A stretch of DNA of 48,825 nt, taken from Octopus bimaculoides. Its lineage: Eukaryota. Location: NCBI RefSeq assembly GCF_001194135.2, contig NC_068984.1, positions 39,794,427-39,843,251 on the forward strand. Direction: 5' to 3'. Below the pieces are notes generated by a model that saw nothing but the letters and a program-made list of their open reading frames with translations, made no database searches and was not told the origin of the DNA. Below, piece after piece: positions 39,401 to 46,710 of this stretch (positions are counted from its first letter, which is position 1; the number at the start of each line of letters is the position of its first letter). The translations under genes were made by a program, and so were the position numbers.

Positions 39401-39731
39401 TTCTCTTACTGTTTCTTCTACAGGGAATGTTGCAGGAAGTAATGTTTTGGAAGTATATGATCTCTGTCCAAAGCTTCGTCAAGGAGAAGTTGAAAAACTA
39501 TTAAAAGATTTGACCTGTCAGGGGGTCACCCTACATTATGTCCCACATGATAGCAGTCAGCTTTCTAACACCGACACAAGCAACCTGCAAGTTTCTGATT
39601 GTAAAACTATCCTGGCAATATTCCCTAGTGCACTGTGTGCAACTCATGTACTTCAGAGCATCCCAAGTGGAAGATATAAATTAAGGTCAACAGTGTCCAG
39701 AGACTCTATTGGTCAAAAATCTGAACGATAA
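9871..39731 (+). CDS. R3HDM1/2 (enc): R3HDM1/R3HDM2/ARPP21-family (encore-like) RNA-binding protein, 5'-partial, 10 coding exons in window (810 aa + stop)
   Basis: Spliced translation has family motifs in the right order: RPWSSTDS..VTKAGSFGG, IPAGSMIINPRTG|QVYLNADG, ELSQQLGSVSLSQ, a Q/P/Y-rich region, and C-terminal NVLEVYDL..EVEKLLKDL..TILAIFPS..YKLR. I recall human counterparts [38 protein letters not shown] and KVLEITEL..EAEKLFGEL..TVLATFPS..FKLR. Exon phases chain 0-2-1-1-1-0-0-1-2-1-stop; total 2433 nt is divisible by 3. Confidence 0.92.
10697..10908 (+). CDS. R3HDM1/2 (enc): R3HDM-like exon B (212 nt): RKLSRPASLGGSKEDLGSRPWSSTDSSSGYGTDSSVKSRMPVTKAGSFGGF...GASLSKT
   Basis: ttttcag|G...ACAG|gtttgt; conserved WSSTDS and TKxxSFGG motifs. 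Confidence 0.93.
11182..11490 (+). repeat. Young family C repeat with internal ~70-bp duplication
   Basis: (gtc)n-tttaacgtccgctttccatgctagc; CpGs intact; tgtcacccgcac and atctcgctcgaaaa each occur twice. Confidence 0.85.
12401..12420. promoter_or_regulatory. Perfect palindromic RFX X-box (GTTTCCATGGAAAC) abutting an E-box (CACGTG)
   Basis: 14-bp palindrome 12401-12414 fits the RFX X-box consensus; CACGTG at 12415-12420; function untested. Confidence 0.4.
13184..13333 (+). CDS. R3HDM1/2 (enc): R3HDM-like exon C (150 nt, phase 1-1): DSISSGTSSCLGSPMPTIPCTPPRSSVSP...QTNSA
   Basis: ttcctttttag|AT...GCAG|gtaaat; open S/P-rich frame in phase with both neighbours. Confidence 0.88.
15770..16200 (+). 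repeat. Degenerate family C-related repeat
   Basis: ctgccatgctggcatgagttggat...gttggataccgtttctaataccaaccacttcacagtgtgtattgg. Confidence 0.65.
16240..17200. repeat. Purine-skewed degenerate repeat block, probably an old LINE remnant on the minus strand
   Basis: strong GA skew like 44100-44770; long minus ORFs have no convincing protein motif. Confidence 0.3.
18455..18498. repeat. (AT)n microsatellite
   Basis: directly visible. Confidence 0.95.
19972..20035. repeat. (CT)n microsatellite
   Basis: directly visible. Confidence 0.95.
21570..21619 (+). ncRNA. Degenerate type I hammerhead-ribozyme-like motif (probable Penelope-element relic)
   Basis: CTGATGA (21578-84), stem II aatcct/agaatt with one mismatch, GAAAC TA ATC (vs GAAAC TA GTC), helix I 5 of 7 pairs. 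Confidence 0.35.
22581..22625. repeat. (TG)22 microsatellite
   Basis: directly visible. Confidence 0.95.
23129..24150 (-). mobile_element. 5'-truncated CR1-clade LINE (RT C-terminus, 3' UTR, (ATT)n tail)
   Basis: KYADDINLY, LQSDLDTMQQW, CERDLGVTVSSDLHW, LYMAMVWPHSKYASPVWNPY, DLVNTYKII..TRGHVYKV..HFFTLRAAEA; frameshifted. Confidence 0.9.
24806..25178 (+). mobile_element. Full-length tRNA-derived SINE, family A
   Basis: A-box-like TGGCTGTGTGG and B-box-like GGTTCAGTCCC (24858-24868); body shared with 5518, 41925, 42830, 43530 and 45665 copies. Confidence 0.9.
27006..27107 (+). CDS. R3HDM1/2 (enc): R3HDM-like exon D (102 nt, phase 1-1): GVSSPVQQNKPQYFLVVSGYESIPAGSMIINPRT
   Basis: ccgttatcag|GT...ACAG|gtacac; conserved IPxGSxxxNPxTG motif. 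Confidence 0.92.
28615..28664. repeat. Perfect 25-bp tandem duplication (aataattagcattgtttgtagattg x2)
   Basis: directly visible. Confidence 0.95.
29640..29790 (+). repeat. Family C repeat fragment
   Basis: gctccaatgtctgctttgacaaggtttctacagctggatgcccttcctaataccaaccac. Confidence 0.75.
30590..30835 (+). mobile_element. Degenerate family A SINE variant
   Basis: gagtggttgaaaaatttgcttcacaatcatg...ccactatgtggtatcttgaacaaag...tgggttgacaaaaactg. Confidence 0.55.
31040..31620 (+). mobile_element. Highly decayed RTE-like LINE 3' remnant
   Basis: fragmentary translation (YAKRIVNTL..YGDT) echoes KVYRAVVLSTLLYGSET; many stops. Confidence 0.3.
32720..33154. repeat. Long inverted repeat (fold-back), ~195-215-bp arms, 23-nt loop
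   Basis: left arm 32720-32913 and right arm 32937-33154; about 20 substitutions over the ~135-nt core (~85% identity). Confidence 0.93.
33572..33711 (+). CDS. R3HDM1/2 (enc): R3HDM-like exon E (140 nt): GQVYLNADGTIYRHNPNQ...MDARQYP
   Basis: ttttttccag|GT...CCT|gtaagg; completes the NPxTG-QxxxNxDG motif begun in exon D. Confidence 0.92.
34568..34792 (+). CDS. R3HDM1/2 (enc): R3HDM-like exon F (225 nt, phase 0-0) with Q19 tract: DSNGMTELSQQLGSVSLS-Q19-TDS...AYQQ
   Basis: ttgagcag|GAT...CAG|gtaagg; mixed CAA/CAG run 34622-34678. Confidence 0.9.
35328..36345 (+). CDS. R3HDM1/2 (enc): R3HDM-like exon G (1018 nt): Q/P/Y/S/T-rich low-complexity region GYPTTHG...MLRSNT
   Basis: tttatttacag|GGC...ACTG|gtgagt; open frame matches ORF 35154..36443. 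Confidence 0.93.
37701..37779 (+). CDS. R3HDM1/2 (enc): R3HDM-like exon H (79 nt): ADSLRFISPSGFRPQVQPLPLNHQRT(R)
   Basis: taattgacag|CG...CG|gtattg; phase 1 to 2, bridges exons G and I in frame. Confidence 0.8.
38302..38459 (+). CDS. R3HDM1/2 (enc): R3HDM-like exon I (158 nt): PPNCQYNSSFGVVGNTNNSIGNKVKNKKSPRG...DADSR
   Basis: gtcatttcag|T...AGAG|gtatga; basic KxKxKK patch before the terminal domain. Confidence 0.83.
39424..39731 (+). CDS. R3HDM1/2 (enc): R3HDM-like terminal coding exon J: GNVAGSNVLEVYDLCPKL...YKLRSTVSRDSIGQKSER*, probable RRM-like C-terminal domain
   Basis: tttcttctacag|GG; stop TAA at 39729-39731; resembles the R3HDM1/2 C-terminus, which ARPP21 lacks. The RRM-like fold is inferred. 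Confidence 0.9.
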
Positions 39732-41613
39732 GAAAGAATACCACGTTTATTTTTATAGGATATCTTAATATTTTATTTAAGGAGAGAGAAAATTTTGAAT
39801 GTTTTTTTTTTTTTCCATAGTTCATGCACAGACTTACTGAAATCATTCACTCAAGACCAAATCAATTACACTCTGTCTAGAAAATCATTTCTACCCTTTA
39901 TCCCTCTACACTATTTTATTAAAATCTTGTTTTCAACATTTTAGTTTATTTAAAATGCAGACAGAAGATAAGAGAGAGGAAAAAAATGTATTTTCACCAA
40001 TTCCAGTAAATTGATTGTTGACACCTTATTTCTCAGTTGTGATATTGTCTGTGTACATACTTTCTGTACATATCAATTTCCTGAACCTCGTAGAAAGGAT
40101 ACTGCTTCCAGTGTCAGTGTCAATGGCTAAGATAGCTGCACTCGGCACTGCCAGCTACTGTTGGATACTGCTAATTCTCTATAACTTCTTACTATATTTC
40201 TCATTCAGTTCTCTTCTCTGGTCTTATTGTAAGTCTCTTTCTCTCTCTCTCTCTCTCCCATTCTTTCTCTATATCTCTCTCTCTTTCCCACTACTATTAT
40301 AAACTTTTCATTGATAAGAAAATATTGTTAGAAGCATCTCTTTAATCCATCCATTTATTTGTTATTGTTTTTGTTGTTGTTGTTGTTTTATGTATTTCAT
40401 TCTCCTTTATTTTAGATCGTCTTTTCTAATGGCCTCCCATCTACCTCCCCTATTCCGACCCAATCATCTATCAATTCTTGAGTCATTTTCTGCTGGCAGT
40501 ACAAGGCATATAGATTGTTAAATTGGTTTCAGTGATTTGAGAAGCAAAGAAACATTGCAAGATATAGGGATATGGGGGATGAAATGAGATAGAAATATAC
40601 CTTTTGTTCCTAGTTGTTAAAATTTAGAGTCTAATATGTTGAAACACTGAAATTCACTCACCTGATCTTTCTGTTTATCTCTTTCCAATATGTGGTGTAC
40701 TATTTATACATTCATAAGTATGCCTATGTACACACTCTATCAACTGCACACAATGATACACACATTGTTTAACCACCCACTACCCACCCACTATTAAGTT
40801 TGAATCTCATTGAGTGTGTGTGTTTGTGTGTGAATATGTGTATTGTATGTGCAAAAAAAAAAAAAGATGTACAACTAGTTGGTAAAACTCAAACTAACTG
40901 CTGGGAACTAACCAACATAACCACTAGTAATGCTCTGCTCTGCTGGTCAACAAACTAGTCATATATAAAATGACTACTCTATCCCATTCCCTAATTTCAA
41001 ATCACAGTTGTTAAGAGAGAGACTTTTTACTGACTTTCTGCAGATGTTGTTTTCCAATCCCCATCCTTAGCACTCACAATCCTCCCTAATTACCCATGAG
41101 TCTCTCTATTTAGGTTTAGAAGGCAGAAGAACCCTCCTCCCAAAAGCCTTACACACATTCATTGTGTTGAAATGTTGTCATTAAAATCTGTAAAATAATC
41201 TCAAAACTGATTTGCTGTTTTTTTTTCCACTGTAATCATTTAAATTTATACAAAATGTGGCTCAGGTCTCATTCATAGGTTTGTTGTCCATTTTTCTAAC
41301 TCACTCTTTACAAGGTTACAATATTTAATATTTGTTTGTATTACAAAACATTAGGCTTTAATTTATTAAATAACATTTATGTGTACATGCATGTGTGTGC
41401 TTGTGTGCATGCATGTGCACGTGTGTGTGCATGTGGTTTAACTGTAAAGTTACATAAATGGCTCAGTGGCTGATGGTTTTACGCATTGCACCTAATTTTA
41501 GAAGTGAAATGTTAAAAATACTTCGCCTTTTAGTCGCTTACGTAACCAAATAAAAAAAGATAAATACTCTGATGTATTGAGTTCTGTTTCTGCTTTGTGT
41601 GTGTGTGTGTAGA

Positions 41614-41653
<40 letters not shown>

Positions 41654-41924
41654 CATACATATAGGTATATTTTTATGTGTATATATTTATATTTGTATGT
41701 GTGTGTTTATATGTATATGATTGCTCTTGTTAATTAAGTAGCCTTATGAGAACCTCAATAACAAAACAAAATATTTAGATGTTTTCAAGTTGCTGAAGAT
41801 AAACAGACTTTACTCTAGAAAATACAATTATTTTTATTGTATGAATAAGAGGTCGGGGATCTTTTATATTTATCACATTAAATTAAGTGTAATCTAATAA
41901 GATCTCATTTAATTAGATATAAGG

Positions 41925-42110
41925 GACAGGCATGGTTGTGTGATTAAGAAGTTTGCTTTCAAACTATATGGTTTCAGGTTCAGGCCCACTGCTCAGCGCC
42001 ATGGGCGAGTGTCTTCTATTATAGTCCCAGGCTGACCAGTGCATTGTGTGTGAATTTGGTAGAAAAAAATCTATGTGGAAGCTTGTTATGTGTGTATATG
42101 TGTGATCATA
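41925..42110 (+). mobile_element. Family A SINE fragment
   Basis: caggcatggttgtgtgattaagaagtttgc...ggttcaggcccactg...gagtgtcttctattatag. Confidence 0.75.
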
Positions 42111-42220
42111 TACATACATACATAAATATATGTATATATATATATGTATATGTGGAGAATGGAGCAACAAATACAAGAAAAAGCAATACTCTTGGACTAG
42201 TTAGCCGCTGTTTTATTACG

Positions 42221-42279
42221 TGGAGGTTATGTAATGAGTCATTGTGGAGGTTGAGGTTATGTAGTGAGTCGTTGTGTTA
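42221..42279. repeat. Start of a 24-30-bp minisatellite running into gap 42280-42700
   Basis: gtggaggtt(gaggtt)atgta(a/g)tgagtc(a/g)tt repeated twice before the Ns. Confidence 0.6.
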
Positions 42280-42829
42280 NNNNNNNNNNNNNNNNNNNNN
42301 NNNNNNNNNNNNNNNNNNNNNNNNNNNNNNNNNNNNNNNNNNNNNNNNNNNNNNNNNNNNNNNNNNNNNNNNNNNNNNNNNNNNNNNNNNNNNNNNNNNN
42401 NNNNNNNNNNNNNNNNNNNNNNNNNNNNNNNNNNNNNNNNNNNNNNNNNNNNNNNNNNNNNNNNNNNNNNNNNNNNNNNNNNNNNNNNNNNNNNNNNNNN
42501 NNNNNNNNNNNNNNNNNNNNNNNNNNNNNNNNNNNNNNNNNNNNNNNNNNNNNNNNNNNNNNNNNNNNNNNNNNNNNNNNNNNNNNNNNNNNNNNNNNNN
42601 NNNNNNNNNNNNNNNNNNNNNNNNNNNNNNNNNNNNNNNNNNNNNNNNNNNNNNNNNNNNNNNNNNNNNNNNNNNNNNNNNNNNNNNNNNNNNNNNNNNN
42701 ACTTATAATTAATAATACCTAGAAGGAAAGTTATTTTATGCAAATTTAGTTTTGCTTAGGAGGTGTGATGTATTATATATTTAATTATACTTAGAGAATG
42801 AGTATTTAGTAGCGTGAAGACAGATTAGA

Positions 42830-43150
42830 CTAGCTTTATGAGTGAAATTGGTAGATGACAACTGAAAGAAACCCGTTATATATATATACAAATCCTTTGG
42901 TAACTCTATGATCAGAATTTAACTTTTCGTTTTAATATATGTCTGTGTGTTTTGTGTTTGTATTTGTCACTCGCCACCACATGACAACCGTTGTTCGTTT
43001 GTTTACTTCCCTGTAACTTAGTAGTTCAGCAAAAGTGAGTGATAGAATACTACCAAGTTTTTAAAAAATATAAGCACTGGGATCATTTCATTCAGCTAAA
43101 AATTCTTCAAAGCAGTGCCCCAGTCTAATGACTGAAACAAGTAAAAGATA
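42830..43150 (+). mobile_element. Family A SINE 3' half
   Basis: ggtagatgacaactgaaagaaacccg...ccctgtaacttagtagttcagcaaaag...aatgactgaaacaagtaaaagataaaag. Confidence 0.75.
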
Positions 43151-43529
43151 AAAGATATGCATTTTTACACTGGATCTCAAAGCAGACAAAGCTTTAATTG
43201 ATAGAATGTAGAATATTAAATTAAAAAATCCTTTGGATGGAACAAAACTTAGAGGCTGCTCACTGAACTTCAACCCATCATCATCATTTAACATCACATC
43301 TTCAAATTCAAAGTGTTGCTTTGATATAATGGCTAGCATGTCTGTCATGATTACAGAAGATATAGGTTTGTGTCCCACATGTAGGCTTTGACCTTATATC
43401 CATTCAAGAGTTTTTTTTAAACCCAATATTCTTTATGATAGTATTTATAACTTCATCTACTTTGAGTTTCACTTTAAAAAGATATAATTTACTCTGATTC
43501 TCTTGAAGATTTTAAATTCTTATAATGAA

Positions 43530-43745
43530 AATGTGTGTGTGTGTGTGCATCTCTGTATTTGCTTCCACCACCACTTGACAACTGGTGTTTATTTCTTTAC
43601 ATCCCTGTAACTTGACAATTCAAGGAAAACTGACCAGAATAAATACCAGACAAATTAATTACTGGGGTTGATTTGTTTGACTAAACCTTAATATTTAGCG
43701 CTCCAGTATGGCCTCAGTTTACTAACTGAAACAGGTAAATGAATA
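43530..43745 (+). mobile_element. Family A SINE 3' half
   Basis: ccaccacttgacaactggtg...ctggggttgatttgtttgactaa...gcgctccagtatggcc...actgaaacaggtaaatg. Confidence 0.7.
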
Positions 43746-44099
43746 AAAGAAAGAAAACACATTAAAGAAAATTTGATTAACAATATAGAAAAATAAGATG
43801 AAAATGTAAATTAAACTGATCTTTTTAATGACTTGATGAATACAGTAATATGTAATCAACAAAATGTATTTTTTAATGAAAAATCCAGACTTACTTCACG
43901 GAGCTGCACTTAAGGATCTCAAAGATTGCCAGTTTTCCATCCTTAGAGATATTATTATCATCATCATTTAACATCCATGTTCTATGCTAGCATGGGTTGG
44001 ATTGTTTGACAGGTTCAAGGACTGCATCACAATCCAATGTCTGCTTTTGCACCATTAGTGAGGTTGCCAATCAACTTGCAAGATTAAGATCCCCTTCAA

Positions 44100-44770
44100 T
44101 TCAGAAGATGACTTTATGCTGGGAGATGAGGGGATTAAAGTATGAAAGAAAGGGCCAGAAGAGAACAGGTTTCTTGCTGTAGAGGGTCTACAAGGCTACT
44201 CACATTATAGAAGAGAATGTGAGAGTGACCAGGGTGAAATTCGAAAGAGATACAAATAGTGGTGACAAGTGTCAGGGTGGGCCTTCGGGTACAAGGTGAG
44301 TTGAGCCAAGTGAACAGGGAATGTAGGTGGGTAGAGGTTGCATGAGTGAGAGATGAGGAGTGAATATAATGAAGAAAAATGTTGAAGGATGATATGTATA
44401 AGAGAGTAGGTGAAAACTGTGGAAATTGGATAAGCAATGGGGTGAGTAATAGATAACTGGTGGTGAAGAGCAACAGGATAGTAATATTGACAGTAGACAG
44501 GAGGTGGATGTGAGAAAGAGATGACAGGTGGTTGGGCAGGCTCTGCTAGAGTGCAGAGGCAAGTGTAGTAAATGATGCTATGGTGACAATTTGGTGGTTC
44601 AGGAGGATGATCAATATAAAAGATGGGTGCAGAGGACAAGTGAAAAGGTTCTGAATTATGAGGAAGATAAGCGGTATCTGGGAAAAGTTGGTGAAGTATG
44701 CAGTTCTGCTCACACTTAATTACAGCAGCAGAATACTGCAATTAAAGAGATGCTGGGTGGGAGGGATCTC
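44100..44770 (-). repeat. Purine-skewed degenerate block, possible RT remnant
   Basis: minus-strand LVPEGPP*HLSPLFV weakly resembles GVPQGSPLSPLLF. Confidence 0.3.
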
Positions 44771-45664
44771 TTTCAAGGGAAATTTGGTGAAGGCACCAGT
44801 TATATATATATATACATTCGAACTAGTTTTCACCTACTGATACTCATATTACAGATGCACACCACCAATTTCTTAATTGCCTCAAAGCAAATGCTGAAAA
44901 GAAGCTGAAGAAAATATACTGAAGGTTCACATGTTTTTCTATTGCATAATCTAATATAGTAGATCTATTGTATATCATCATCATTGTCGTCATCTTAACA
45001 TCAACATTTCCATGCTTGCATGGATCAGATCATACATATATGTAAATATAAAATGTCAATGCAGAGAAAATGTGTTTTTTGCAGTTACTTAACCTGCTAG
45101 AATAACTATGTAAACTTCCTCAAACTATTCCTTACCATGTTAGAAAAGACATATTGAATTATATAGTTCTACATGCACTATGAAAGAAAAAACAAAAATA
45201 TTATCACAGCTGGGATACTTTTGTTTATAGCTATCTAATTGGATCAAAAGAGGCCTGCAGCTGAAGAACACATCAGTTAAGTCCATGACTAAATTTCCAT
45301 CTCAAGTTAAAGTAACATCATTTAGCAGCTAAGGGAAATCATTTTTTTAAGTATATTTTAATAACCTAAATAAATAATACACAATTTAAAATTAAGAGTA
45401 AAAACTTTCTGTAATCTGGATATCTTAGAAAAAGAACTGTAGATTAAATTACCCAAGTCAAAATTTTTATAATTATTAGGAAATTAAATTTTGAGATGAG
45501 TTATATAGTCTGTTTGTTTTTGGTGGGATAGTGGAAGATATTTTTTTAAATCTCAACCTCATCTTTAGAGATAAAATAGTTTATTATTTACACCTACACT
45601 ATGTTTCAGTCAGTTTGGTATTTGATCATCATCAGATGTTTTACTCTTGGACATTTACAGGTAA

Positions 45665-46060
45665 AGGCATAGCTGTGTGGATAGGAAGTTCATTTTGCAA
45701 CCACATGGTTTGGATTTCAGTTCCACTGTGCAGCACTTTGGACGATAACACTGAACCAATCAATGTCTCAAGTAAATTTCGTAAATGGACACTGTGTAGA
45801 AGCCCATAGTATGTATATATATGTATCATTATCATTTAACGTCCGTTGTCCATGCTGGCATAGGTTGGGTGGTTTGACTGGTCTGGAAGGCTGTGCCAGG
45901 CTCTAATTTGATTTGGCTTGGTTTTCTACAGCTGGATGCCCTTCCTAATGCCAATCACTCCAAGAGTGTAATGGCTGCATTTACATACCACCGGCACAGG
46001 TGACACTGGAGTGTGTTTACATGTCAATTTGTATGACACCAGTATCTGTCACAACTGTGA
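45665..46060 (+). repeat. Family A SINE head followed by a family C repeat
   Basis: ggcatagctgtgtggatagg...ttcagttccactgtgcagc, then atcatttaacgtccgttgtccatgctggc. Confidence 0.75.
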
Positions 46061-46149
46061 TATAGATATATTTATATTTATTTATTTATTTACTTATGGG
46101 TTTCAGCCAAGTGGCTGTGGTCATGCAGGAGCACCACTATATAGTTGTA

Positions 46150-46710
46150 TAGATTTCATCAACTGCCAGTGAGGTAAGCTAGAGGTAGCAGATAACTTCC
46201 ATTATCTAGGTAACCAAGTTAGTGGCAGAGGTCGATGCTCTGAGAGTGTGATTGTGAGAATAAGAATAAGCTGGGCAAAGTTCAGAGAACTACCTCTATT
46301 GGTAACAAAGCGCCTCTCCCTCTGAGTAAAAAGTAGATTGTATGATGCTTGTGTGTGAACAGCGATGTTACACAACGGTGAAACATGGGCTGTAACAACC
46401 GAGGACATGCATTGACTTGAAAGAAATGAAGCCAGTACACTTTGCTGGATGTGTAATGTCAGTGTGTGTTCAACGGAGTGTAAACATGTTGAGACAAAAG
46501 TTGGACATAAGAGGCATAAGATGTGATGAGAAAGACCGATGACTGCACTGGTATGGTCATGTGATGCATATGGACAAGGACAGCTATGTAAAGAAGTGCC
46601 AATCTCTAACTGGGGAGGGAACTTGTGGAGGTAGACCCAGGAAGACATGGGACGAGGTGGTGCAGTATGATCTTTGAACTTTGGGCCTCACAGAGGCAAT
46701 AACTAGTAAC
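46150..46710 (+). mobile_element. RTE-clade LINE 3' fragment, cut off by the satellite
   Basis: FHYLGNQVS..VRIRISWAKFREL..RLYDACV*TAMLHNGETWAV..LERNEAS..GRPRKTWDEVV..LGLTEAITS; stops and frameshifts present. Confidence 0.85.

Noticed and set aside
43088-43378. 96-aa minus-strand ORF
   Set aside because: Overlaps a SINE tail and ATC repeats; no splice signals or homology recognised
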